This document shows, one piece after another, positions 50,788 through 63,207 of a DNA stretch of 64,000 nucleotides. The notes under the pieces were generated by a model. The model was not told the origin of the DNA. It did not search any database and saw only the letters and a list, made by a program, of their open reading frames with translations. This DNA is from Chiloscyllium plagiosum. Its lineage: Eukaryota. How positions within the stretch are numbered: position 1 is the stretch's first letter; each line of letters begins with the position of its first letter. The stretch is taken from the NCBI RefSeq assembly GCF_004010195.1, contig NC_057718.1, forward strand, positions 21,185,612-21,249,611. Direction: 5' to 3'. The translations under genes were made by a program, and so were the position numbers.

Positions 50788-51098
50788 TAGATTAGATTAG
50801 ATTATTTACAGCGTGGAAACAGGCCCTTCGGCCCAACAAGTCCACACCGACCCTCTGAAGAATAACCCACCCAGACCCATTCCCCCTAACTAATGCACCT
50901 AACTCTATGGGCAATTTAGCATGACCAATTCACCTGACCTGCACATCTTTGGACTGTGGGAAGAAACCAGAGCACCCAGAGGAAACCCACGCAGACACTG
51001 GGAGAATGTGCAAACTCCACACAGACAGCTGCCCGAGGCTGGAATCGAATCCGGTCCCTGGCGCTGTGAGGCAGCAGTGCTAACCACTGAACCACCAC
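50788..51098 (-). mobile_element. HE1-type V-SINE
   Basis: (gatta)n tail, V-domain and tRNA head on the minus strand. Confidence 0.92.
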
Positions 51099-51841
51099 TG
51101 AGCTCACAGACTCTAAGACTGCGAAGATCCAGGTCAGTGAGCAGCTAGAGTTCAAAATTCTCAATGGTTCACCAAGTGTAATTCGAAATGAGAATGCAAG
51201 CTAGAAATCTTTCAGTATCAGGAAAATCTCCAAGAAAAACCTTCATGGTGCAAGATAGTTCTCAGGTTAAAGGGAAAGGAGTGACAGTAAATAGTCAGGA
51301 ATTGAAACAGTCACTATGGGCTAGGTCCAGGAAAATCAAATGATTATTTAAGGGACAGTGTAAATTATGCCTATGAAGTTTGATTTTCAGTTCTATAAGA
51401 CAAAGTTTCTGGTTGTTTAAAGAAATATTGTTTAGTCAATGGTGTTTTGTTAATTACAGAAAATTTCTTAAAAATGTGAAATTTTATGTTATCCTTCCAG
51501 CTAATCACCAGGAGTTTGAACTTCTACTTAAATATTCTCAATCACAGATTTGAAATTACTAATTGAGGTAGCATATACTGTTTTGTAGTGAGTAGAGTTC
51601 TATCGTTGTGCTTCCCTTTATGAAGGGATGTTTCCTAACATCTCGCATAAATGGCCTGCTTCAGATTTTAAGGTTTTGCTCCATTGTCCAAGGTCAGTGA
51701 TTGGCACTGAAATCTAAACAAAGACAGGTTATGAGCGATGCAGGGACAGGGTACAAGCAGTGTGACAATTATTGTTGAAGACATATGAAATGTGTGCTCT
51801 AATCAGTGTAAATTGAGGTAATAATTGCTGGTCAGGAATTA

Positions 51842-52498
51842 GAATCAGAGATCTTCGGTCCAACTCATCCATGCCGACCAGATATCCCAACCCAATCTCG
51901 TCCCACCTGCCAGAACCAGGCCCATATCCCTCCAAACCATTCCTATTTAGATACCCAACCAGATGTCTTTTAAATGTTACAACTGTACTAGCCTCCAGCA
52001 CTTCCTTTGGCACCCCATTCCATATATGTATCACCCTTTGTGTGAAAAAGTTGCCCCTTAGGTCTCTTTTAAATCTTTCCCCTCTCACACTAAACCTAAA
52101 CCCTCTAGTTTTGGAGTCCCCGACCCCAGGGAAAAGACTTTGTCTATTTAGGCTATCCATGCCACTCAATTTTATTAACCTCTATATGGTCACCCCTCAG
52201 CCTCCAACGCTCCAGGGAAAACAGTCCTAGTCTATTCAACCTCTCCCTGTAGCTCAAATCTTTCAACCCTGGGAACATCCTTGTAAATCTTTTCTGAACC
52301 CTTTCAAGTTTCAGAACATCCTTCCGATAGGAAGGAGGCCAGAACTGCATGCAATATTCCAACAGTAGCCTAACCAATGTCCTGTACAGCCGCAACATGA
52401 CTGCCCAACTCCTGTATTCAACACTCTGACCAATAAAGAAAAGCATACCAAATACCTTCTTCACTATCCTATCGACCTGCGACTCTACTTTCAAGGAG
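51842..52498 (-). mobile_element. Young CR1 (HER1-like) 3' end
   Basis: Peptide LKVESQVDRIVKKVFGML...; same family as 36300-36968. Confidence 0.92.
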
Positions 52499-53999
52499 TG
52501 CAAGCTCATAGGAACAAATGCTTTCAAATATATTTGAAGATCATAGAAACAAATGTTTCTAATCAGCAAGTCACACAAGCATTGTCACAGGAGAGAGAAA
52601 GTAGCAGTGAAAGATGAATTTGGCTCTGGGAAAGTATAAGTGGTTAAATAGTGCGAACTTGTTCATTTATGTCTTGCAATCTGTGAATCTGTCATAACAC
52701 CCGAACAGAAGGGTGTTGTAATGTGCTAAATTTGCTAATTCAGTTAACAACTGAGCATTTTTTCATCACTGAAACAGTTACTTATGTATTTGCTGGTAAT
52801 GATACATACTATTCAACAAAGCAAAGCTCCGGAGTCCTCTCAAATGAGGCATGATTGCTTCCCCAGCCACCATAAATACTGCCTATGAATTTCCTCTCCC
52901 AACTAGACTTTTGTTTCACATATAATATCACATTGTTTCATAAAGGTGTTGGCAAATTGTTAAAGAAATATACATGATCAATCAAGCTTCATCCAGTTAG
53001 GATAATCATTATTTGATAATTATAAAAATAATTCCTGAAATCACCAACCAGAATTGCCTCACAGTTATATAATACATAACAACACTATTCCATCCTCATA
53101 GTTTAGGAACTGAAAAATTGATATCTTAAAGATTCCATTAAAGTTAAGTTTCTACCATGGTTTTAAATATTAAAAGCTGCCAGTAGCTGAGGGCTAAGTG
53201 GCAATAAATGTTTATGCCTGGACCATTGTACCCATACTAAAGTTAAACTGAAGCAAACATGGAAATTCAAATTCAAAGGCCAATCATAAAAGAACAGATT
53301 TAATAACTTCTCTCATTAATGAATTTATTCTATAAATACACTGAAAGCACTGCGCTAACAAGGAAAGTTCATTGATTGTGTCATTTTAGATTGACACCCT
53401 TTCATAAAAGCAGTTACTCATAAATGGTCATCATGCAGTAACAGTTTAAAGGTTATATTTTCCACAACTTTGCACATAAACATTGAACATCCAGTGTGGT
53501 TGCATTCTTTCCATAGGAAAATAGAAAGCCATGATAGAGTATTTTTCAAGCAATTGCACAACAGATGCACTAGTGAAAGTAACAGTTACTGTTGTGTCTG
53601 TTGCTACCCATATCTTGTAGGTGTGAAGGTTTTTTAAGGGTTTACACAGACGAGAGTAGATGGGGTAGCCATCTTGTGGTCTAATGAGAAGAGTCTTGTG
53701 CAGTAATGGGATATTGTTAATTGCATTGCAACAACAATTACAAGTTGTAAGCATAGGTTCTAAATTATTAAAAAGATTGTCCATCGGACCTAGCCTCAAG
53801 TCAGTTCCCCACAAGATCCTACTTTACTGTCCCACCCAGTCCTCATGACATCATTAGCAATGGATGATGCTCACTGCACTACAAGTATTAATCTCTTTAA
53901 ATTTTTCCAGACCTATACACAACAGCGACCCCTTTCATAGCTCGAATGTAACTCCTAAATGATCAGAAATTTCTAAAACGTAACCTGGATTTATAAAAG

Positions 54000-55440
54000 G
54001 TAGAACTGATCTGATTACAGTATAGTGACAGCAGAGAGTGCAGGAGGCCATGTCAGGAGCAGCACCAGGCATACCTGAAATTTAGGTGTCAACCTGGTGA
54101 AGTTACCAAACAGGACTACTTGAATGCCAAATAGCACAAGGAACAACTGTTAGATAGTGCTAAGCAATTCCACAAGCAACAGATCAGATATAAACTCTGC
54201 AGTCCTTCCACAGTCAGTGATGAATAGTGGAGGACAATTAATCAACTCATTTGAAGAGAAGGCTGCATAAATGATGGGGCAGCCCAGCACATTAGTGCAA
54301 GAAAGGCTGATGCATTCACAACAACCTATAGCCAGAAGTGCTAAGTAGATGATCCATCTCAGCCTCCTCCAGAGATCCCTAGCATCACAGCTGCCAGTCT
54401 TCAGCCAATTTGGTTCTGTCTACATGATACCAAGAGATGGTTGGAGGCATTTCACTTTCCAGAAATAGTACTAAAGATGTGGCCCAGAATTTGCCACGCC
54501 CGGACTAAGCTGCATCTGCTCAGCAACACCGGGTTTGGTTCCACCAGGGTCACTCAGCTCCTGAACTCATTTCAGCCTTGGACAAAAAAAATTCCAAGGG
54601 TGGAAGTGACAGCCCTTGGGATCAAGGGTGCATTTTATAGAGTGTGACATCTATGAGTCTTAACAAAATTAAGTCAATGGGAATTGGGGCGACAAATATC
54701 TTTGCTGGTTGGAGTCATACTTGGCACATAGGAAAATAGCTGCAGTCAATGGAGGTCAGTCATCTCAGCTCCAGGACATCTCTGCAGGAGTTCCTCAGGG
54801 CAGTGTCCTGGCCCCAATCATGTTCATCTGCTTCATCAATAACCTTCCTGCTGTCATAAAGGATAGAAGCGGCACTGTTCCTGATGACTGCAAAATGTTC
54901 AGCAACATGTGTGACTGCTCAGATACTGAAGCAATCCATATCCAAATGCAACAAGACCAGGTCAATATCGAGGCTTGGGCTCAAAAATGGTAAGTAATAT
55001 TCATGCCTCACAAATGCCACAGCCTTTGACTTTCAAAGCCATAACCATCGCTGCTTGATCAACATCGCATACACCTCCGATAATCAGTAACAGGAGTGTG
55101 TATTAATTACAAGGTGCATGGCAGAAATTCATGAAAAACAGCACCTTCCAATCCCATGACCACTATCAACTCAGAGAACATGGGCAGCAGATATTTGTGA
55201 ACCACTGCTTGTAAATTTACCTTTAAATTACTCACCATCCTGACTCACCATATAGTCATTCCTTCCTTGTTCCTGGATCAAAATTCTGGAATTCCCTCCC
55301 AACGGCCTAGTGTATCTTCCTACAGCACATGTACTGCTGCAGTTCAAGAAGGCAGCTCATCATCACCTTCTCAAGGTCAACTACGGATGGAAATAATTGC
55401 TGGCCTAGCCAACGATGACTGCATCCCACAAGGAAATTAT
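54000..55440 (+). mobile_element. Old L2/CR1-like LINE (RT plus 3' end), internally deleted
   Basis: Peptide WLESYL..RK...GVPQGSVLAP.MF..FINNLP; 3' end homologous to 13325-13990. Confidence 0.75.
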
Positions 55441-55479
55441 TTGCAATGTGCATTTTTGAACACATTTTGATATGACTAT

Positions 55480-56000
55480 AATACTCGCTATAGACCCAGA
55501 GGACCATAGGTTTGCTCCTCTCTAATGAGAAAGCAGGTGGTGGCTTAACCAGAAGGTCCCCACACCTCATGCGAGAGGGGAGGTCAGGCGGCACGATGGC
55601 ACAGTGGTTAGCACTGCTGCCTCACAGCGCCAGAGACCTGGGTTCAATTCCCGATTCAGGCGACTGACTGTGTGGAGTTTGCACATTCTCCCCGTGTCTG
55701 TGTGGGTTTCCTCCGGGTGCTCCGGTTTCCTCCCACAGTCCAAAGATGTGCAGGTTAGGTGAATTGGTCATGCTAAATTGCCCGTAGTGTTAGGTAAAGG
55801 GGTAAATGTAGGGGAATGGGTGCATTACGCTTCGGCGGGTCGGTGTGGACTTGTTGGGCCGAAGGGCCTGTTTCCACACTGTAAGTAATCTAATCTAAAA
55901 AAAAAAGATGGGACCCTCATGGTGACCTCACTCAGTATAGTCATTGAACCTGTACAGTTGACATCACTATGTTGCAAATCAGCCTTCCAACCAGCTGAGC
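55480..56000 (-). mobile_element. Old tRNA-derived SINE interrupted by HE1
   Basis: Minus-strand head agctcagctggttgg...caggttcaa; body continues past the HE1 to cctatggtcctctgggtctatagcga. Confidence 0.55.
55587..55906 (+). mobile_element. HE1-type V-SINE
   Basis: Near-identical to 4115-4446; taatctaatct plus A tail. Confidence 0.92.
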
Positions 56001-56018
56001 TGGTTGGAAGGCTGATTT
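55976..56018. repeat. Perfect palindrome: 21-bp arms, 1-nt spacer
   Basis: aaatcagccttccaaccagct g agctggttggaaggctgattt. Confidence 0.95.
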
Positions 56019-56189
56019 ATTATACACAGCATTGAGAGAATTTCTTTCTTGCCAGAAGTCTGAATAATGCTACACACTGACCATTCACAATCTTCCATAT
56101 TTATGCCTTATTAGAGGACAGCACTGTTTAAGTCCTTAAATAAAAAGTTCTATTATATTTCAGCAGATTTGAAACAAACTTTAGAATTG

Positions 56190-56290
56190 AAATAAAAATA
56201 GCAAATGCTGGAAATATTTAGCAGGTATGGCAGAATCCACACAGACAGAAAGCAGATAACATTTTAGCGCTGTGACCTTTCATCAGAATT
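56190..56290 (-). mobile_element. Old PLE family A terminal remnant
   Basis: aaatgctggaaata...agcagg...cctttcatcagaa. Confidence 0.55.
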
Positions 56291-56549
56291 AAACCCATGA
56301 TCTCATACACTGCTCCATTCTTATTTTGCCTTCTTTCTGATATTGAACTTGCCAAAAGTCCTGTGGAAATATAGTTGAAAGTGTTCTTATTCCGTGCAGC
56401 CAAAAACCCCGATCAACATATGGGCTTCCTGTAAGCATACACTGCTTTACTTCTACTGGTTAAAAATCAATTACATCAGACTTCAACTTCAATTGTAAAG
56501 CACAGCTTTACTATTCAATGACTATAAGCCAAGCCTTACTGCTTGATGT

Positions 56550-56659
56550 AGGTAAAAACAATGACTGCAGATGCTGGAAACCAGATTCTGGATTAGTGGT
56601 GCTGGAAGAGCACAGCAGTTCAGGCAGCATCCAAGGAACAGTAAAATCGACGTTTCGGG
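56550..56659 (-). mobile_element. PLE family A terminal fragment truncated inside the hammerhead
   Basis: Near-identical to 2860-2925; 14-bp TSD ttactgcttgatgt at 56536-56549 and 56660-56673. Confidence 0.88.
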
Positions 56660-56770
56660 TTACTGCTTGATGTTGTCAGTGACCCGGGTTCTTCCATGTT
56701 AATACACTGCTCTAGAAAGCAAGAAACTATACAAGCTCTAATTTCATATGATTGAGCGAGACAGATATCA

Positions 56771-57185
56771 TACCAAGGACAAGCAGGTCCTGGGCCTCCT
56801 CCAGCGCCATTCCCTATGACCCCCCTTCCCCCACCGGAAGAATGCCTCATCTTCCCCTTGGAACCCTGCAACCCCACGGCATCAATGTGGATGTCACCAG
56901 TTTCTTTGTTTCCCCTCCCCCCACCCTTATCCCAGATCCAACCTTCCAACTTGGCACCGCCCTCATGACCTGTCCATCTTCCTTCCCACCTATTGGCTCC
57001 ACTCTCCCCTCTGACCTATCACTATTACCCCTCACCACGATCTACCTATCACTCTTAGCTACCTTACCACCAGCCCCACCCCCTCCCATTTATCTCACCA
57101 CCCCCTCGGCTCACAGAGTCATTCCTAATGAGGGGCTTTTGCCCGAAATGTCTACTCTCCAGCATCTGCAGTCCTCACTTTCGCC
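56771..57185 (+). mobile_element. PLE family A 3' end
   Basis: Peptide LGTLQPHGINVD.TSF, C-rich UTR, cctaatgaggggcttttgcccgaaatgtc and tail; cagatatca duplicated at 56762-56770 and 57186-57194. Confidence 0.82.
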
Positions 57186-58585
57186 CAGATATCAAGCCCT
57201 TCCTGCTGTGTTAGAGATAAACAATAAAATCCTTCAATTCCAGATGAATTAATGCAGCATTACCTGTCCCTAGCCTCTCACTCAGACAGACAACCATCAT
57301 ACCTTATGTGCAAACGTAGCCACTCCATTGGGCAGCATGCAATTCTACACTGACTTGTCATTGGTGTAAATCAAGCCCAATTGGTCAAAGACAAACATGT
57401 CACAAACAGTAATCCAGAGATTAGATTGGTTAGAACTATATTCAATGCAGTTTAGAGGAATAATTTATCATAATTAGTGATACAAAGATATTAGCTAAAT
57501 GCTTTATACTCTAATTCAATATTTCATGTGAATAAATCACATCATAGCCAAGCGTGTGTGTTACTCTAAGTCCCCAACAAAACTTGCAACATTAGGTACA
57601 AGACCCCCAATAAGAATTATACAACACCATTCTCTGCAATCACAATCTGATTCCCTATAAAATACAGCACTGATGAGATTTTGCGGGTACAACACAAGAC
57701 AATCTCAACTTTAATCATTGATCTGTTTTAAATTAGCTGACCTCATTTGGCAGAGGAATGAATTTCCATGTTCTTGAGCTTGGGCATGTGCAAAGACATA
57801 ATGAAATGTGGGCAAAAGATAAAAATATTCATGAACACTGCCCAGCTGGAAAAGTGCGTGCTCATGGATATCAGTTGGAAGAGGACCAGACTCAGCTGTC
57901 ACATTGCCAAACAAGCTGCAAATACTCATGAACTATTAAGCTACTTGTGTCACTTTGCATAACATGTATAGCACAGAAACAGCAAACATGGTCTAACGTG
58001 TTCATGCCCAACTTTATTTCCAACACAAACCTAATGCCTATATGACTCACTCAATCTTTTGATGTTCCTATCAGGGTACAAAAAAAACAGTAAACGTGCC
58101 ATAACTGACTCTGCACCTGACCTGCGCTAAAAAAATCCTGCCTTAACCCATCTTAAATATTTATTTTATAATGTTAGCTGAGTCTCTGGAGTGCTATAAA
58201 ACTCATGCATCACCAGAATTGCAATCACCACCCCATTTAGCAGTTAATTGCCAGCTGTGTGTGCGCATGCATGTTTTTTAATATTTCCTGCTGTTGGCCG
58301 GAAGCAGCACAAGTTTTTTTTCTTTGCGTGATAAGATCAAGGACAATGCTGCAGGTTGGATGCATCCTAATTGTCAAACTAGTCACTGAGATCTGAGAAA
58401 AATAAGGGACCATGGAAACTTCATTTCCCTAACAAGCGTTACAAGAAATAACAATACTCAGCATTTTGATCAGCACTGAAAATCATAAATAACAATTTTA
58501 TTGTTGAAGGACAGCTGGTGAACAGTAAATAAATTTACAATTAAAAAGAAGACTGGCAAAAAAATTGTCACTCTTAAAACAACTA

Positions 58586-58745
58586 AGTTAAAAATCACAC
58601 AACACCAGGTTATAGTCCAACAGGTTTAATTGGAAGCACACTAGCTTTCGGAGCGACGTTCCTTCATCAGGTGATTGTGGAGGGCTCGATCGTAACACAG
58701 AATTTATAGCAAAAATTTGCAGTGTGATGTAACTGAAATTATACA
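58586..58745 (-). mobile_element. PLE family C terminal fragment
   Basis: aagttaaaaatcacacaacaccaggttatagtccaacagg..., homologous to 42122-42332. Confidence 0.82.
58639..58673 (-). ncRNA. Minimal hammerhead ribozyme motif (PLE family C), core intact
   Basis: Minus strand: cac CTGATGA a ggaac gtc gctcc GAAA g CTA gtg; stem I cac/gtg, one stem II mismatch, CUA triplet. Confidence 0.68.
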
Positions 58746-59419
58746 TTAATCATTAAAACCGAATCATTAAAACAACTAGTTATTGATGAGTTGGAGTACT
58801 GATAATGTTTGGTTGAGAAACATACAGGAAAGAGGGAGATTAAGGCCGGAAAAACAAATAGTATTCTAGCCACCATCACTGCCACCAACATGGTTTTATG
58901 CAGTGCTTTTAAATGTAATAACATGTCTCAAAGTATTTTACAGATGTGTTATGAGCAAATATTTGCTGACCCATGTAACACAATATACAGTTGACCAAAT
59001 GCATGGTTAGGGATAATCTTTGAGGAGTATGGAGGTCTTAAAGGGTATAAAAGAGCTGCAGAAGCAGAGGCAGAGAATATTACACAAGGAACTCCGGAGA
59101 CTAGGGTACTGAAGACATAGCTGCTAACAGTGCAGCAATTATGGATGGGAATGCATAAAATGCGAGAACTACAAGAGCTCAGACAGTTCAGAGGATGATG
59201 AGATTGGTGACATTTAGAGATTGGGAAGGACAGTGTGATGGAAGGATTTGCAAAAATGAATGAGAACTCTAAAATCAAGCCACGTTTAACCAAGAACTAG
59301 TTAGGAAGTACATTAACGGAACTTGACACAATTAAAGAAATTGGCAGTAATGTTATGGTTGACCACAAATTCATTGGGAAACAAATGCTGTGACCAGCCA
59401 AGAGTGTTTTGAAATAGTC

Positions 59420-59724
59420 AGATTAGATTAGATTAGATTACTTACAGTGTGGAAACAGGCCCTTCAGCCCAACAAGTCCACACCGCCCCGCCAAAGCACA
59501 ACCCACCCATACGTTTACCCCTTACCTAACACTACGGGCAATTTAGCATGGCCAATTCACCTGACCTGCACATCTTTGGACTGTGGGAGGAAACCGGAGC
59601 ACCCGGAGGAAACCCACGCAGACACGGGGAGAACGTGCAAACTCCACACAGTTAGTCGCCTGAGGCGGGAATTGAACCCGGGTCTCTGGCGCTGTGAGGC
59701 AGCAGTGCTAACCACTGTGCCACC
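59420..59724 (-). mobile_element. HE1-type V-SINE (young), inserted in an old L2 tail
   Basis: (gatta)n tail; reverse complement of 4115-4446. Confidence 0.92.
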
Positions 59725-60014
59725 CAGGTTTAGAAGTAACAAAAGTACAGATGAAGACTTCAGCAAATCAGCTTAATGCTGTGGAAGTGAAATTAGCCAG
59801 TCTTAGTGATAACACTTTGGAGCTAGTCAGTAATACTATACAAATTTATATCTCTTCTTCCTTTGTTCTTTGTTGTTGAGTTGCTCTAGAACATCAATGT
59901 TAATGGGCCAGCTAGATATCAATAGATACTTCAAGAACATAATTTGGCACTTCACCCACTTGCCAACTTGTAGGAAACATTTCAAATGAATTTTGTCATA
60001 TTTAGGAATTTCAT

Positions 60015-60470
60015 TGTCGATAAAACGTGGAGCTGGAAAAAGCACAGCAGGTCAAGCAGCATCAAAGGGGCAGGGAATCCACGTTTTTGGTTGGAACGTT
60101 TAATCAGGACTAGGGATGGGGAAGGGGGCTGAGAAATAAATAGATGGAGGGGGTGGGGCTAAGGGAAGTTCGGTGGGATGGCGACAGGTGGATGCAGGTA
60201 GAAGGTGATTGTGATTGGTCAGTGGGAAGGGTGGAGAGGATAGGTGGGATGGAAGATGGACAGTTAGGTCAGGTCAAAAGGGTGGGGTGGAGAGGGAGGG
60301 TTGGATCTGGGATGAGGTTGGGAGTGGGAAGATTTGAAAACTGGTGAATTCTACATTAAGATCATATGGTTGTAAGCTCCCAAGGCGGAAGATGAGGTGG
60401 TGTTCTTCTCCAGTTTGCATGTAACCTTATTTTGACGGTGAGGAGGCCCAGGATGGACATATCACTGGGG
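60015..60470 (-). mobile_element. PLE family A 3' end, degraded
   Basis: gctggaaaaagcacagcaggtcaagcagcatc plus purine-rich UTR complement and the EEHHLIFRLGSLQP complement. Confidence 0.75.
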
Positions 60471-60959
60471 GAGTGAGAGTGGGGGCTGGCAACCAGAAGG
60501 TGAGGTTGATTGGAGCGTACAAACCATAGACCTTCCCAGACAGGTGTCGTGGCAAAAAGCCATCAGTAATCTTTTTTCTGCAGCTACTCAAAACAAGCAA
60601 CAGACCAGGCACCAAAGCAAACAGTGTCCTGAAACTGCATAAGGAGAGGCTATTTTCAGCAAGTCAAAATCATCTTGATATGCAATATATGAGGGTTAGG
60701 AGAAAGAGGAAGAACAAGAAGGTCCTCAAACTTGTCAGAGGCTTCCATACCAACCTGTTTGGATGGTAGTTCACAGAAATGTCAAAGCCGAAGGACAGCA
60801 TTTGCAAGCAGAGTTTACAAAAGGGAAAGCAGTCATCTGCCAGATTTTAAAAAAGTACATTTCCATGTTATTTTTTATAAAGCCAACATAATACAACAAC
60901 TTTAAAATCATTTTCTTTCAAAGCTAACCTCACTATAAAAAGCAGTATTGAAAGTGGTC

Positions 60960-62122
60960 GTTAAGATGGAATATCTGCGATAGCCAGCGTAGCTTTGTTA
61001 GAAGGAGGTCATGCCTAACAAATCTGTCTGAATTGGTGATCAAGTGTGTAGATGAGGGTAGTGAAGTTGATGTATGGATTTCAGCAAGATCCCATATGGG
61101 AGACTGATAAAGGAGATTTAAAAAAGCACACGGCATTCAGGTTGGTTTGGCAAGCTGGATCCAAAACTCACTTAAATAGTAGGAGACAGAGGATAGTGAC
61201 AGAAGGTTGTGAGACCAGTGTCCAGTAATGTACGACAGGGATTAGTGCTAGCTCCCTGACTGTTTGTGCCATATTATTAGCATAAACAAGAATGCAGGGA
61301 GATAAGTAAGTTTGCAGATGACATAAAGAGGTGTTCGATCAACAGTGAAGGAGATGGTATTAAGTTACAGGATGATACAGGGATGTTTGTCAGATGGGCA
61401 GATAGAATGCAACTCTGAAAAAGGCAAGGTGATTCATTTTGAAAGAAATAACAAGGGAGTTCTCAATCAATGACAGGACAAAAGGGAGCAGAAGAATACT
61501 GGGCTGCTTGTTCACAGTTCCATCAAGTTGGCAGGGAGGTTAATAGAGTAGTTAAGGCAGCATACGGGACACTTATAATCTATGTCACAGCTGATAAAAG
61601 GTAAGAGCAGGGAGGTAATGTTGGGGCTGTACAGAACTTTATCAGAACAGCTGAAATAGTGTGCAGTTTTGGTTGCAGGCAAGATGCGATTGCATTGGAT
61701 GGATGCAGAGGAGATTCAACAGGATAATGCCTGGGATAGAGCATTTAGCTATGAAGAGAGGCTGGATAAGGTTGAGGGGGGAACCTCATTGAGGAGTATA
61801 AGGTTAAGAGAGAAATGGACAGAGTGGTCAGGAAGCAGTTGCTTCCCTTGGTTTAATGGTCAATAACAAGGGGACATAATTTTATGCTGAAGGGCTGGAA
61901 CTTGAGAGAGGATTTGAGGAAACTTTTTTTGACTCAGAGTGGTGGGAATTTTGAATGCAATGCCTGGGAAGATAGTTGATGCAGGAAGCCTCACCACCTT
62001 TAAACAGTTAATTAATGAGCACTTGAAATGTCAGAATATTCAATCAAGTACTGGAGAGTGGCATTAATGTGGATAGATAGATGCTGACTCAATGGGCCAA
62101 AAGGCATATCCTGTGCTGTACG
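60960..62122 (+). mobile_element. Old CR1 RT to 3' end, degraded
   Basis: ggtcatgcctaacaaatctg, aagtttgcagatgac and aatgggccaaaagg...ctgtgctgta motifs. Confidence 0.75.
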
Positions 62123-63207
62123 AATTTGTAACCAAGTTCTACTGTAGCTTTCAGAGGAGACATATCTGCACCAGTTCCCCAAGATGCTAGTAATTATACA
62201 TTACCAAATGTAATGATTCTTACTGCTATCATGCGAAAAGACAGAAAGGAGAATTGATGACAGTACACTACTTCAAATAACCCTTACCCAATACTGCATC
62301 CTGACAGAGGTGGAAATACCACATGGTACCAGCAGTGATCAACTGGGAAAATACATTACAAATCCCAAGTCCTGCTGTCATACTTGGTATTACAAGGTAA
62401 ACTGCACAGAATGCAAAGTCTATTTACTAGTATGAATTGTAAGACTAAACCAAAAAACTTAATTCATTAAAGCTAACACAATGTTACTATATGATAAAGC
62501 ACACTGAGACTCAGACTGAATAACATGTAGCAACATAAACATTGTTGCTGCTGAGTAACAAGATACAGATTTACAGTCACAATTGAATGGAAGAGGTGCG
62601 AGTGACAGAAGAGATGAGAATGCAAGCAAGTACAAGAGCAAACAGGTTAATAAACTCAAAAACAAATTCACAGATGGCTTAACATCAATCATAACAATTG
62701 GCTAAATCAAATTTGAATTTACGTTTAGAAATCATTAATGTGTGAAGACTACCAGATGTCATGTGCTGTACACAACTGTTCTGACTGATATTCAGAGAAT
62801 GCTTCAAATTAGGAAATACCTATATTTTATTCCAGCATTAAGATGTTAAAAGCAGATGCAGAAAGGTTGAAATATGTATACAGAAAAATAGTATAAATTT
62901 TGGAAGAAATGATCATCACTTATTAATACTTGTGTAAGCTCTATCAGAACATTTGAATTACCAGTATAATTGAATGGCATGAATAGCCATTATCAATCCA
63001 CTTTTGATTTGTTTCTTCACCTCAGAAAATACTTCATAGGTAAAAGAAACCATGCTAATAACACTGACCCACAAGAACTGCTTTTGCTTCAGCTAATACA
63101 ACAGTAACTAATTGCTTTTAACCAATTCTAAACTGAATAGACTAAACCTAGAATAACAGAATAAAGCAAGTGATTATTAGTTTCCAAAATATAGCCGAAT
63201 TAGTACG

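Noticed and set aside
59447..59776. Recurrent ORFs of the CGRKPEHPEETHADTGRTCKLHT type (also 4151, 23712, 50921)
   Set aside because: These are translations of HE1 SINE copies, not genes.
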